DNA of 32,000 nucleotides from Mycobacterium tuberculosis H37Rv. GTDB taxonomy: Bacteria > Actinomycetota > Actinomycetes > Mycobacteriales > Mycobacteriaceae. How positions within the stretch are numbered: position 1 is the first letter of the stretch; each line of letters opens with the position of its first letter. A program made the position numbers and the translations under genes. The notes beneath the pieces are model-generated. The model did not search any database, was not told the DNA's origin, and worked only from the letters and a program-made list of their open reading frames with translations. The DNA lies in assembly GCF_000195955.2 (NCBI RefSeq), contig NC_000962.3, positions 3,120,001 through 3,152,000 on the forward strand. The letters run 5' to 3'. This document shows, one piece after another, positions 16,620 to 28,384 of the stretch.

Positions 16620-17012
16620 CTACCAGACGGTGACCGGTCGTGGGTGCCGATGACTGCGTAGCCGCCGGTCCTTGGTCACCAGCCGCCAGCCGTGTTCGAT
16701 CGCGGTGGCGTAGATCAACCGGTCGGCCGGATCGCCGGGGAACGACGAGGGCAGCGCCACCGCCGTGGCGGCGACCGAGGGCGTGATACCGACGGTGCGA
16801 ACGTGCTCGGCCAGCTGCTGAAGCCAGGACAGCACCGGAATCGCCAGTTGGATGCGTTCCTGTTCGGCAAGCCAAGCCAGCTCGAACCACGAAATCGCGG
16901 CGACGGCGAGCTCGTCGGCGTGTTCGATGGCCTGGCTCGCCGCCATGCTGAGACGCTGCGGCTCGGCCGACCACCAGTAGGCCACATGCGAGTCGAGCAG
17001 CACCGTCGTCAT
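16620..17012 (-). CDS. vapC22: PIN-domain toxin VapC22
   Basis: 130 aa, MTTVLLDSHVAYWWSAEPQRLS...VALPSSFPGDPADRLIYATAIEHGWRLVTKDRRLR, PIN acidic residues. ATGA overlap with vapB22. Confidence 0.9.
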   Translation of the reverse strand: MTTVLLDSHVAYWWSAEPQRLSMAASQAIEHADELAVAAISWFELAWLAEQERIQLAIPVLSWLQQLAEHVRTVGITPSVAATAVALPSSFPGDPADRLIYATAIEHGWRLVTKDRRLRSHRHPRPVTVW

Positions 17013-17224
17013 GAAACGTTCCACGAAACCCCGGTGGTGAAGAGTTCGTCGTCATCCGCGGCCGCCATCGCCACACCCGAGAATCGACCCTTCAGCGCGT
17101 GCGGCCCCGTCGCTGCCACCAGCCGGGCCACGGTGCGGCCGTGTTTGGTGATCTCGATCTCCTCGCCCTGGGCCACTTCATCAAGCAAGGAGAGGATCTT
17201 CGCCTTCACCTCCGTAGCGGTCAT
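17009..17224 (-). CDS. vapB22: Antitoxin VapB22 (Phd/YefM-type)
   Basis: 71 aa, MTATEVKAKILSLLDEVAQGEEIEITKHGRTVARLVAA. Confidence 0.9.
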   Translation of the reverse strand: MTATEVKAKILSLLDEVAQGEEIEITKHGRTVARLVAATGPHALKGRFSGVAMAAADDDELFTTGVSWNVS

Positions 17225-17270
17225 TTTTCTGGTCATTAGGACAGTCTAACGGTCCTGTTACGGTGATCGA

Positions 17271-18020
17271 ATGACCGACGACATCCTGCTGATCGACACC
17301 GACGAACGGGTGCGAACCCTCACCCTCAACCGGCCGCAGTCCCGCAACGCGCTCTCGGCGGCGCTACGGGATCGGTTTTTCGCGGCGTTGGCCGACGCCG
17401 AGGCCGACGACGACATCGACGTCGTCATCCTCACCGGCGCCGATCCGGTGTTCTGCGCCGGACTGGACCTCAAGGAGCTGGCCGGGCAGACCGCGCTGCC
17501 GGACATCTCACCGCGGTGGCCGGCCATGACCAAGCCGGTGATCGGCGCGATCAACGGCGCCGCGGTCACCGGCGGGCTCGAACTGGCGCTGTACTGCGAC
17601 ATCCTGATCGCCTCCGAGCACGCCCGCTTCGCCGACACCCACGCCCGGGTGGGCCTGCTGCCCACCTGGGGACTCAGCGTGCGCTTGCCGCAAAAGGTCG
17701 GCATCGGCCTGGCCCGGCGGATGAGCCTGACCGGCGACTACCTGTCCGCGACCGACGCGTTGCGGGCCGGCCTGGTCACCGAGGTGGTGGCCCACGACCA
17801 GCTGCTGCCCACCGCCCGCCGGGTGGCGGCGTCGATCGTCGGCAACAACCAGAACGCGGTGCGGGCATTGCTGGCGTCCTACCACCGCATCGACGAGTCT
17901 CAGACCGCCGCCGGGCTGTGGCTGGAAGCCTGCGCGGCCAAGCAATTTCGCACTAGCGGCGATACCATCGCCGCCAACCGCGAAGCCGTGCTGCAGCGCG
18001 GCCGCGCGCAGGTGCGTTAG
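17271..18020 (+). CDS. echA16: Enoyl-CoA hydratase/isomerase family protein EchA16
   Basis: 249 aa crotonase fold: TLNRPQSRNALSAALRDRF, GADPVFCAGLDLKEL, ITGLVMAGHRGE-like region on complement, PVIGAINGAAVTGGLELALYCDILIASEHARFADTHARVGLLPTWG. Confidence 0.93.
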   Translation: MTDDILLIDTDERVRTLTLNRPQSRNALSAALRDRFFAALADAEADDDIDVVILTGADPVFCAGLDLKELAGQTALPDISPRWPAMTKPVIGAINGAAVTGGLELALYCDILIASEHARFADTHARVGLLPTWGLSVRLPQKVGIGLARRMSLTGDYLSATDALRAGLVTEVVAHDQLLPTARRVAASIVGNNQNAVRALLASYHRIDESQTAAGLWLEACAAKQFRTSGDTIAANREAVLQRGRAQVR

Positions 18021-18098
18021 CGGCGATCGCAAGCGCGGCGAAGCCGGGTGCTGGGGGTACCTCCCGCGTGCGGGGGACGGGTCGCCGCCATCAGCCCT

Positions 18099-19181
18099 TC
18101 AGCGAAGCCGGGTCTCGGTGCGGCTGTTGAAGAGGCGCACCTCCTGCGAGTGCGGCACGATCGCCAACGACTCACCCACCCGCACCGCGGTACGCCGGTC
18201 GGTGCGGAACACGATGCGCGGTGCGCGTGACGACCAGCCCCGCTGGTCGACCGGCGTTGCGTAGACGAAGGATTCGAAGCCGAGCTCCTCCACCAACTCG
18301 ACGTGCACGGTCAACGATCCCGGGGTGCCGATCGATGCCACGTCCCAGGACTCCGGCCGCACGCCGACCAGCACCCGCTCGGCCGCCGGGTCCGGAACCG
18401 GTATCGCCAAATCCGGTGCCCGCACCACACCGTGGGCGACGGCGGCGTCGATGAGGTTCATCGCCGGCGCGCCGATGAACGTGGCGACAAACGTGTTGAC
18501 CGGGTCGTCATACAGCGCCCTCGGCGTGTCAACCTGTTGCAGCACACCGTCTTTGAGCACCGCCACCCGGTCGCCCATCGTCATCGCCTCCACCTGATCG
18601 TGGGTGACGTAGACGGTGGTGGTGCCCAACCGACGCTGCAATCCGGAGATCTGTGAGCGGGTGCTCACCCGCAGCTTGGCGTCCAGATTCGACAGCGGCT
18701 CGTCCATGCAGAACACCCGGGGCCGGCGCACGATCGCCCGGCCCATCGCCACCCGCTGCCGCTGCCCGCCGGAGAGCTTGGCGGGCTTGCGGTCCAGCAG
18801 ATCCGTCAGCTCCAGCATGTCGGCGACTTCCAGCACCCGCCGGCGGGTGTCCGCGCGCGACATCCCGGCGTTTCGCAGCGCGAACCCCATGTTGGCGGCC
18901 ACCGTCATGTTCGGGTACAGCGCGTAGTTCTGGAACACCATCGCCACGTCACGCGCCCGCGGCGGCAGATGCGTCACATCCACGTCGCCGATGCTGATGC
19001 GCCCGCTCTCAATGGGTTCCAGCCCGGCCAGCACGCGCAGCGTGGTGGACTTGCCGCAACCGGACGGACCGACCAGAACCAGAAACTCCCCGTCGGCGAT
19101 GTCGAGGTCCAAGTTGTCGACGGTCGGCGCGTCGGCGCCGGGATAGCGCTGGGTGACAGCAGAGTACTGAACGTTAGCCAT
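18099..19181 (-). CDS. ugpC: sn-glycerol-3-phosphate/sugar ABC transporter ATP-binding protein UgpC
   Basis: 360 aa: Walker A GPSGCGKST, signature LSGGQRQRVAMGRAI, Walker B VFCMDEPLSNLD. Confidence 0.94.
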   Translation of the reverse strand: MANVQYSAVTQRYPGADAPTVDNLDLDIADGEFLVLVGPSGCGKSTTLRVLAGLEPIESGRISIGDVDVTHLPPRARDVAMVFQNYALYPNMTVAANMGFALRNAGMSRADTRRRVLEVADMLELTDLLDRKPAKLSGGQRQRVAMGRAIVRRPRVFCMDEPLSNLDAKLRVSTRSQISGLQRRLGTTTVYVTHDQVEAMTMGDRVAVLKDGVLQQVDTPRALYDDPVNTFVATFIGAPAMNLIDAAVAHGVVRAPDLAIPVPDPAAERVLVGVRPESWDVASIGTPGSLTVHVELVEELGFESFVYATPVDQRGWSSRAPRIVFRTDRRTAVRVGESLAIVPHSQEVRLFNSRTETRLR

Positions 19182-20484
19182 GCCCCGCCAGCTTCCGCAT
19201 GATCTGCCGATCCAGGATGACCTGCAACCGTTTTTGGATGTTCGTGAAGGTCTTGGTCACGTCGGCTCCGCGCAGCCCGATGGATTCCAGGCCGGCGGAG
19301 ATGATCCGGTCACCACCGGGCAGGAAAACCCGTGCGTAGTCTTGTGTCCGGGTGTGTGGCAGCTGGTCGAGCGCCACCCGCGCACGGGGATTGTCCGCCA
19401 GATAGTGCCGTTCGCTGGCATCGTCGACGGCGGACTTGCGCACCGGCAGATAGCCGGTTTGCTGGCTGAAGTAGGCGGTGTTCGTCGGGTTGGTGACGAA
19501 TGCGATGAACTTGAGCGCGTTGACTTTTCGCTCCTCGGAGAGCTTGGCCGGTATCGCCAGCCCCGCACCGCCCGTCGGACAGGCGGGCGCTGCGTCCGGG
19601 CCCGTGGGCAGCGGTGCGGCGCCGAAGTCGAATCGGGCAGATGCGGTGATGCCGGCCAGCGAGCCGGTGGATGCCACGGCCGAGGCCAGGATTCCGGTGG
19701 CGAACTCGTTGGCAATATCGTTGGCGACCGCCGCATAACCCTTGCCATGGATGGAGTTCCGATAGAAGTTGCCGGCCGCGATCGTGGCGGGCTCGGTCAA
19801 TGTCAATGTCCACTTGTCGGAGTAGGCACCGCCGAATGCCCAGTTCGGTCCCTGAAACGTCCACGAGATGAGGTCGGCGTTAGCCCAGCCGTGCGCCGAT
19901 CGACCGGCGCCGACCACGCGCTGTAACTCCGGACCCCACTCGTCGAACTCTGACCAGGATTGCGGTCCGCGGTCGGGTAGGCCGGCCTGTTGCCACGCCG
20001 CCTTGTTGTAGTAGAACAGCGGCGTCGAGCGAGCATACGGCACAGCGTAATGGCGGCCGTTGAACTCATAGTCGGCCAGCAGCGAATCGACGTAATCCGT
20101 TGTGTCCACCCCAACTTGGCCGAACAGGTCGTCAAGGGCAGTGAGAACACCGCTGAGGGCGAAATGGAACCACCATCGGTCGTCGAGCAAAACGACGTCG
20201 GGCACGTCGGTTCCGATGAGCGCCGCATTGAATTTCTGTGCCACCTCGTCGTAGTCCTTGCCGGCGTCGATCAGCTTGACCGACAGAGTGGGGAATCGGT
20301 CCTGGAAACGACCGATCAGCTCCCGTTCCGCCGCGCTGGATTGGCCGGGATGACTGGACCAGAAGTCGATTGGGCCGGAACCGGACTTCACCGAACCGCC
20401 GCCGCCCATCCCGGCGCAGCCGGCGGTCACGCCGGCGGCGGCAGCGGCCAGCGCGAGGAATTGTCGGCGGTTCAGCGGGTCCAT
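19174..20484 (-). CDS. ugpB: ABC transporter substrate-binding lipoprotein UgpB
   Basis: 436 aa from MDPLNRRQFLALAAAAAGVTAGCAGMGG: RR motif plus lipobox TAGC, extracellular solute-binding fold. The track ORF is over-extended upstream. Confidence 0.92.
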   Translation of the reverse strand: MDPLNRRQFLALAAAAAGVTAGCAGMGGGGSVKSGSGPIDFWSSHPGQSSAAERELIGRFQDRFPTLSVKLIDAGKDYDEVAQKFNAALIGTDVPDVVLLDDRWWFHFALSGVLTALDDLFGQVGVDTTDYVDSLLADYEFNGRHYAVPYARSTPLFYYNKAAWQQAGLPDRGPQSWSEFDEWGPELQRVVGAGRSAHGWANADLISWTFQGPNWAFGGAYSDKWTLTLTEPATIAAGNFYRNSIHGKGYAAVANDIANEFATGILASAVASTGSLAGITASARFDFGAAPLPTGPDAAPACPTGGAGLAIPAKLSEERKVNALKFIAFVTNPTNTAYFSQQTGYLPVRKSAVDDASERHYLADNPRARVALDQLPHTRTQDYARVFLPGGDRIISAGLESIGLRGADVTKTFTNIQKRLQVILDRQIMRKLAGHG

Positions 20485-20486
20485 GC

Positions 20487-21314
20487 CTATCCCTTGACCG
20501 CGCCCGAGGTGAGGCCCTTTATCATCTGCCGCTGCAAGGCGATGAAGACCAGCAAGATCGGCAGCATCGCCAACAGCGTCACCGCCATCACCGGGCCCCA
20601 GTTCGTCACACCCTCGGCCTGCTGCAGAAACGTCAGACCTATCGGCAGTGGTGCCACCGATTCGTCGTCGGACATCAGGAACGGCCACAGGTATTCGTTC
20701 CATTCGTTGACCACGGTGATGACACCGACGGCGACCATGGTGGGCCGCGACATCGGCAACACCACCCGCAGCAGCAGTTGCCACCACCGCGCGCCGTCCA
20801 TCCGGGCCGCCTCGATGATCTCGGCGGGCAGCGACAGAAAGTGGTTGCGCATCAAGAAGGTTCCAAACGCCACCCCCGCCAGAGGCAGGATGATGCCGGC
20901 AAAGGTGTTGCGCAGGCCCAGGTGTGAGATCAGCGCGTAGTTGGAAATCACGGTGATCTGGTTGGGCACCATCAACGCGGCGATGATCACCAAAAACACC
21001 GCCGTGCGGCCCGGGAACCGGACAAACACCAAGCCAAAGGCGCTGAGCACACCGAGCGTGAACTTCACCACCGCCAGCACCGACGTGATGATCAGCGAGT
21101 TGCGCAGAAACGTCCAGAACGGAATCTGCTCGGTGGCCGTGCGGTAGTTCTGCGGGTACCAGCGCAGCGGCCACCAACTGGTGGGCTGCGCATAGATGTC
21201 GGGCTGATCCTTGAACGAGGTGAAGAACACGAACAGCAACGGCCCGGCAATCAGCGTGACCACCAGCAACATGGCCGCGTAGCCAACGCTGCTACGGAGC
21301 CGATCCGGCGTCAC
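20487..21314 (-). CDS. ugpE: ABC transporter permease UgpE
   Basis: 275 aa from GTG (TPDRLRSSVGYAAMLLV...). EIIEAARMDGARWWQLLLRVVLPMSRPTM is the EAA permease loop. Confidence 0.92.
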   Translation of the reverse strand: MTPDRLRSSVGYAAMLLVVTLIAGPLLFVFFTSFKDQPDIYAQPTSWWPLRWYPQNYRTATEQIPFWTFLRNSLIITSVLAVVKFTLGVLSAFGLVFVRFPGRTAVFLVIIAALMVPNQITVISNYALISHLGLRNTFAGIILPLAGVAFGTFLMRNHFLSLPAEIIEAARMDGARWWQLLLRVVLPMSRPTMVAVGVITVVNEWNEYLWPFLMSDDESVAPLPIGLTFLQQAEGVTNWGPVMAVTLLAMLPILLVFIALQRQMIKGLTSGAVKG

Positions 21315-22222
21315 TGCCGCTGCCCCCGATCCATCACCCGCACCTGGTAGTACGTCACGGCCAGCAGCACCAGGAACATGATCGTGGCCACCGTGGCGCC
21401 ATAACCGGCCCGGAAATTGCGGAACGTCTCCACATACACCTGGTACACCATGGTGGTGGTGCCGGTGCCCTCCGGCCCGCCCCGGGTCATCACGTTGATC
21501 ACATCGAACACCTGCAGCGAGTTGATCAGCACGGTGATCGACAAGAAAAACGTGGTCGGCCGCAGCTGCGGCAACAGCACTCGACGGAACACGGCCCACC
21601 GGCTGGCGCCGTCGATTTCGGCCGCCTCCAACAGATCTCGGCGTACCCCCTGCAACGCGGCCAGATAGATCACGAAGGTATAGCCGAGGTTCTTCCAGAC
21701 GTAGGTGATGGTCACCATGAACAACGCCCAGCGCGCATCCTGGTAAAAGTCGGGCACCCCGACCCCGATCCGGCGCAACAGGTCTTGAATCAGACCGAAA
21801 TGCGGGTCGAAGACGAACTGGGCGGCCAGGCCGACAGCGGCACCGGAGATCACGAACGGCGCGAAAACAGTGGAGCGCACCAGGTTTCGTCCACGCAACG
21901 GTCGATCGAGCAGCATCGCCAGCGCCAACCCCAGCACCATCGAGCCGACCACCGCGGCACCGGTGAAAACCGCCGTGTTGAACACGATCTGGCGGGTGTC
22001 CGACCGGGTGAACCACTCGGTGTAGTTGGATAACCCCACAAATCGGGCCGACGGATCGGAGACGTTCCAGTCGAAGAACGACAGCCGGATGTTGTCGGCC
22101 AACGGGCGATAGACGAACAGCAGCAATAGCGCCACATTGGGGCCGACCAACACGACGAACAGCGCATAATCGCGCACGCGCTCTTTCGATGACCGAAGCC
22201 GTGCTCGTTGCGGCGCCGCCAT
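21311..22222 (-). CDS. ugpA: ABC transporter permease UgpA
   Basis: 303 aa from MAAPQRARLRSSKERVRDYALF. EAA loop DLLEAAEIDGASRWAVFRRVLLPQLRPT. Confidence 0.92.
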   Translation of the reverse strand: MAAPQRARLRSSKERVRDYALFVVLVGPNVALLLLFVYRPLADNIRLSFFDWNVSDPSARFVGLSNYTEWFTRSDTRQIVFNTAVFTGAAVVGSMVLGLALAMLLDRPLRGRNLVRSTVFAPFVISGAAVGLAAQFVFDPHFGLIQDLLRRIGVGVPDFYQDARWALFMVTITYVWKNLGYTFVIYLAALQGVRRDLLEAAEIDGASRWAVFRRVLLPQLRPTTFFLSITVLINSLQVFDVINVMTRGGPEGTGTTTMVYQVYVETFRNFRAGYGATVATIMFLVLLAVTYYQVRVMDRGQRQ

Positions 22223-22308
22223 CGGCGCAGTGTAGCTCCGTATTCTGTCGGCGAGTTTGCCGCCACGGTCGATGAACCAATCACCGCCGTCACGGCAATG
22301 TCGGCCAG

Positions 22309-23628
22309 CTACGCCGCGCCCGTCACCGCCCACCGACCGCTGTACGCCCGCCATCCGACGAATATCAGCCGCAGCACGATAAACGTGCCCAGTCCCGACC
22401 AGATACCCGCCAGCCCCCAGCCATACGCCAGCGACAACCAGACAAGCGGCAAAAAGCCCACCAACGCACTCGCCACCGTCGCCGTCCGCATGAACGCGGC
22501 GTCGCCCGCGCCCAGCAGCACCCCGTCAACTGCGAAAACAATTCCCGCAAAAGGCAATTGGACTACCATGAACCACCACGGCACCCCGATCGCGGCGAGT
22601 ACCGATCGATCGTCGGTGAATAGCCCGGGCAGCACCGAGGAGCCTAGCCCTAACGCCGCTGCCAAAATTCCCGCCGCCAACAGCGAAAACGCCGTCACCC
22701 GCCATGCCACCGCCTTAGCGTGCCCGGCATCACCGGCACCCAACGCGGCACCGACCAGCGACTGCGCCGCAATCGCTAGCGAATCAAGAACCAGCGCAAG
22801 AAGACCCCACAACTGCAACACGACCTGGTGGGCCGCGAGCGCGGCAGCGCCGAACCTCGCGGCCACCGCCGCAGCCGAGACATAACAAACTTGGAAGGCC
22901 AGGGTCCGCACGATCAGGTCCCGCGCCATCATCAGCTGGGCGCCCAGCACGGCGCGGTCCGGCCGCAGCGACACCCGCTCGGCCAGTAACGCACCGGCAA
23001 ACAGCAGCGCCGCCAGCCACTGCCCCACCAGATTGGCCACCGCCGAGCCGGTTAACCCCCAGCGGGGCAACCCCAGCCAACCGTAAACCAGCAGCGGGCA
23101 CAGCAGAGCCGACGACCCGAAGCCGGCGACCACATACCGCAGCGGTCGCACGGTGTCCTGCACGCCGCGCAGCCAGCCGTTGCCGGCGAGCGAGACCAGG
23201 ATCGCCGGCGTGCCCAGGATCGCGATCCGCAGCCACGGCAAGGCCGCCGCGGTGATGCCATCGCCAGAAGCGATCGCCGACACCAGCGGCGTCGCGGTGG
23301 CTTCCACCACGACGACGACCAACGCGCCCAGACCCAACGCCAACCAGGTCGCCTGTACACCTTCGGTGACCGCGGCCACCCGGTTGCCGGCACCGTAACG
23401 ACGCGCCGCGCGCGCTGTGGTGCCGTAGGACAAAAACGTCGCCTGGGAACCAACCAGGCCGAGCACCAGACTGCCGATAGCCAGACCCGCCAGCGATATC
23501 GCCCCCAGCCGGCCCACCACGGCGATGTCGAACAGCAGGTACAGCGGCTCGGCGGCCAGCACGCCCAGCGCGGGCAACGCCAGCTGCGCGATCTGACGGC
23601 CGCCCGCGCGGTGCCCCACCTGGCTCAA
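22309..23628 (-). CDS. dinF: MATE-family efflux protein DinF
   Basis: 439 aa multi-pass protein, ALPALGVLAAEPLYLLFDIAVVGRLG... Confidence 0.9.
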   Translation of the reverse strand: MSQVGHRAGGRQIAQLALPALGVLAAEPLYLLFDIAVVGRLGAISLAGLAIGSLVLGLVGSQATFLSYGTTARAARRYGAGNRVAAVTEGVQATWLALGLGALVVVVVEATATPLVSAIASGDGITAAALPWLRIAILGTPAILVSLAGNGWLRGVQDTVRPLRYVVAGFGSSALLCPLLVYGWLGLPRWGLTGSAVANLVGQWLAALLFAGALLAERVSLRPDRAVLGAQLMMARDLIVRTLAFQVCYVSAAAVAARFGAAALAAHQVVLQLWGLLALVLDSLAIAAQSLVGAALGAGDAGHAKAVAWRVTAFSLLAAGILAAALGLGSSVLPGLFTDDRSVLAAIGVPWWFMVVQLPFAGIVFAVDGVLLGAGDAAFMRTATVASALVGFLPLVWLSLAYGWGLAGIWSGLGTFIVLRLIFVGWRAYSGRWAVTGAA

Positions 23629-23634
23629 CGGCGG

Positions 23635-25170
<1,536 letters not shown>

Positions 25171-25171
<1 letters not shown>

Positions 25172-27873
25172 CAGGCGCGTTCCTTCTGGACCAGCTCGTA
25201 GGACTCGATGACGTCGCCCTCCTTGATGTCGGCGTAACCCAGTGTCAGGCCACACTCGAAGCCGTCGCGCACCTCGGTCACGTCGTCCTTCTCCCGGCGC
25301 AGCGAAGCGATCGAAAGGTTCTCGGCGACCACGATGTTGTCCCGCAACAGCCGCGCCTTGGCGTTGCGCCGCATCACACCCGAGGTGACCAGGCAGCCGG
25401 CGATGAGGCCGACCTTCGAAGACCGGAACAACGCCCGGATCTCAGCCCGACCCAGCTGGTTTTCCTCGTAGATCGGCTTGAGCAGGCCACGCAGCGCCTG
25501 CTCGATCTCGTCGATCGCCTGGTAGATGACCGAGTAGTAGCGGATCTCCACGCCTTCGCGGCTGGCCAGCTCGGTCGCCTTGCCTTCGGCGCGCACATTG
25601 AAACCGATGATCACCGCATCGGAAGCCGACGCCAGGTTGACGTTGGTTTCGGTAATGCCGCCGACACCGCGGTCGATCACCCGCAGCACCACCTCGTCGT
25701 CCACCTGGATACCCATCAGGGCCTCTTCCAGCGCCTCGACGGTACCGGCGTTGTCGCCCTTGAGGATCAGGTTCAGCTGGCTGGTTTCCTTCAGCGCCGA
25801 GTCCAGGTCCTCCAGGCTGATCCGCTTGCGTGAGCGCGCCGCCAGGGCGTTGCGCTTGCGAGCGCTACGCCGGTCGGCGATTTGGCGGGCGATACGGTCC
25901 TCGTCGACGACGAGGAAGTTGTCGCCGGCGCCGGGCACCGACGTGAAGCCAATGACCTGCACAGGCCGCGACGGCAGCGCAACCTCGACGTCTTCGCCGT
26001 GTTCGTCGACCATGCGGCGAACACGGCCATAGGCGTCGCCGGCGACCACCGAGTCACCGACCCGCAGGGTGCCGCGCTGCACCAGCACGGTAGCCACTGG
26101 GCCGCGACCACGGTCCAAGTGCGCCTCGATCGCCACACCCTGGGCTTCCATGTCGGGGTTTGCCCGCAGGTCCAGCGCGGCGTCGGCGGTCAGCAACACG
26201 GCCTCCTCCAGCGCCTCGATATTGGTGCCCTGCTTGGCCGAGATGTCGACGAACATCGTGTCACCGCCGAATTCCTCTGGCACTAAACCATATTCGGTAA
26301 GCTGCCCGCGAATCTTGGCCGGGTCGGCACCCTCCTTGTCGATCTTGTTGACCGCCACCACGATCGGCACGTCGGCGGCCTGCGCGTGGTTGATGGCCTC
26401 GACCGTCTGCGGCATCACTCCATCGTCAGCGGCGACCACCAAAATGGCGATATCGGTCGCCTTGGCGCCACGGGCACGCATGGCGGTGAACGCCTCGTGG
26501 CCCGGGGTGTCGATAAAGGTGATCAGCCGCTGGCTGCCGTCCAGATCGACGGCCACCTGGTAGGCACCGATGTGCTGGGTGATGCCGCCGGCCTCGGCCT
26601 CGCGGACGTTGGCCTTGCGGATGGTGTCCAACAGCCGGGTCTTGCCGTGGTCGACGTGACCCATCACCGTCACCACCGGCGGGCGAACCTGAAGGTCCTC
26701 CTCGCCGCCCTCGTCCTCACCGTAGCTGAGGTCGAAGGATTCCAGCAGCTCGCGGTCTTCGTCCTCCGGGCTGACGACCTGAACGTTGTAGTTCATCTCG
26801 CTGCCCAGCAACTCCAGCGTCTCGTCGCCGACCGACTGGGTGGCCGTCACCATCTCGCCGAGGTTGAACAGCGCCTGCACCAGCGCCGCGGGGTTGGCGT
26901 CGATTTTGTCCGCGAAGTCGCTGAGCGACGCGCCGCGTGCGAGCCGGATCGTTTCGCCGTTGCCGTGCGGCAACCGCACCCCGCCGACGACCGGAGCCTG
27001 CATCGAGTCGTACTCCTGGCGCTTCTGCCGCTTGGACTTGCGGCCGCGCCGGGGCGCACCACCCGGGCGGCCGAACGCGCCGGCGGCACCGCCACGCTGC
27101 CCGGGACGGCCACCGCCGCCGCCCCCGGGACGGCCGCGGAAGCCCGTTCCGGGAGCGGCACCCACGCCGCCACCCCGGTAGTTGCCGCCGCCCGCGTCGG
27201 AACGGCCAGCGCCGGGCGCACCGGGCCGGCCCCCGGGTCGTGGCGCACCAGGACGTGGTGGACGGGCACCCCCGACAGCTCCACCGGGGCGTGGCGGCAT
27301 GCTGCCGGGCGAGGCGCCCGGACGTGGAACCCCGGGCCGGGCGGTACCGGGGCGGGGAGCCGGCGGACGCGGGATGGGCCGGTCGGCGGGTTGCGCCGAC
27401 GAGAACGGGTTGTTGCCGACGCGCGGGGTGCGAATCCCCGGCTTCGGCACCGGGCCCGGCCGCGCCCCGGGAGCCATGCCGGGGTGGGGTGCCTGAGGGC
27501 TGGGCGGCACTGCGGTCGGAGGCTCGGGTGCGGCGGGGGTAGTTGGGGAGACGATTGCCGCCCCGCCGGAATCGGCGGCCTTGGCGGGCGCGGCAGTCGC
27601 CTTGCCGTTGCCTGCGGCCATGTCGATCGCGGCGTCCAGCGCCTTGTCAAGGGACTTGTCGGGGCCTTTGCCGGGGGACTTGGCGGTGCCTTTCGCCGGG
27701 GCAGGTTTGCTGCCACCGAACGATTCACGCAGCCGACGGGCAACCGGTGCTTCCACCGTCGACGATGCTGATTTGACGAATTCGCCCTGCTCGCTCAGCC
27801 GGGCGAGAACTTCCTTGCTGGTTACACCGAGTTCCTTAGCCAACTCGTGTACGCGGGCCTTACCTGCTGCCAC
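25171..27873 (-). CDS. infB: Translation initiation factor IF-2
   Basis: 900 aa, GTPase motifs [22 protein letters not shown]. Pro/Gly/Arg-rich N-terminal region. Confidence 0.98.
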
Positions 27874-27958
27874 TACATCTCCTGTCCATGAGGCGACAGT
27901 CGTGGGCCGCGCCTCGGGTTTAGCTATGACGCATTGTCATCGGGACTTCACGGTGTGC

Positions 27959-28258
27959 TCATGTTCTATTGCTACCTGTTCTGTTGCCCGGTGGTTCGAG
28001 CTCGCCTAGAGACTCCAGGTACTCGACCACTGCGGATGTGTCCGGCGAACCGGCGATGCGCAGCGCTCTTGCGAAAGCCCGCCGCCGAATCGCTTGTTGC
28101 GCGCACTGCCGTAGCGGATGCAGCCACGCACCCCGCCCCGGCAGGCTGGTCGCTGTATCAACGATCACGGCGTAGTTGCCGTTCCCGGTCGACACAGCCA
28201 CCACTCGAAGCAGTTCGACGGCCAACCCTCGCTTTCGGCACCCGACACACGTCCGCAC
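27959..28258 (-). CDS. YlxR/DUF448 family nucleic-acid-binding protein (Rv2840c-like)
   Basis: VRTCVGCRKRGLAVELLRVV...GRGAWLHPLRQCAQQAIRRRAFARALR. Start placed at GTG 28258. Confidence 0.88.
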   Translation of the reverse strand: MRTCVGCRKRGLAVELLRVVAVSTGNGNYAVIVDTATSLPGRGAWLHPLRQCAQQAIRRRAFARALRIAGSPDTSAVVEYLESLGELEPPGNRTGSNRT

Positions 28259-28384
28259 CGGTCCGCGGGGATTATCCGGGCGTCGATGCGCCGAGGCCGA
28301 AGGCTCGCGCTGGATCACGGCTAAGTGTAGCGTCACCGGGCAAGCCCGATTGCCCGGCTATCTGCCGTGGGATAACGCACGGCG

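Noticed and set aside
20485-21177. 231-codon upstream extension of UgpB
   Set aside because: It lies opposite/within ugpE in another frame. The signal peptide and lipobox begin at 20484.
27100-27560. Gly/Arg/Pro-rich low-complexity tract
   Set aside because: This is the ordinary disordered N-terminal region of actinobacterial IF-2, not a separate repeat element.
26386-27771. 461-aa plus-strand ORF opposite infB
   Set aside because: Antisense to well-supported IF-2 coding sequence, a typical high-GC mirror ORF.
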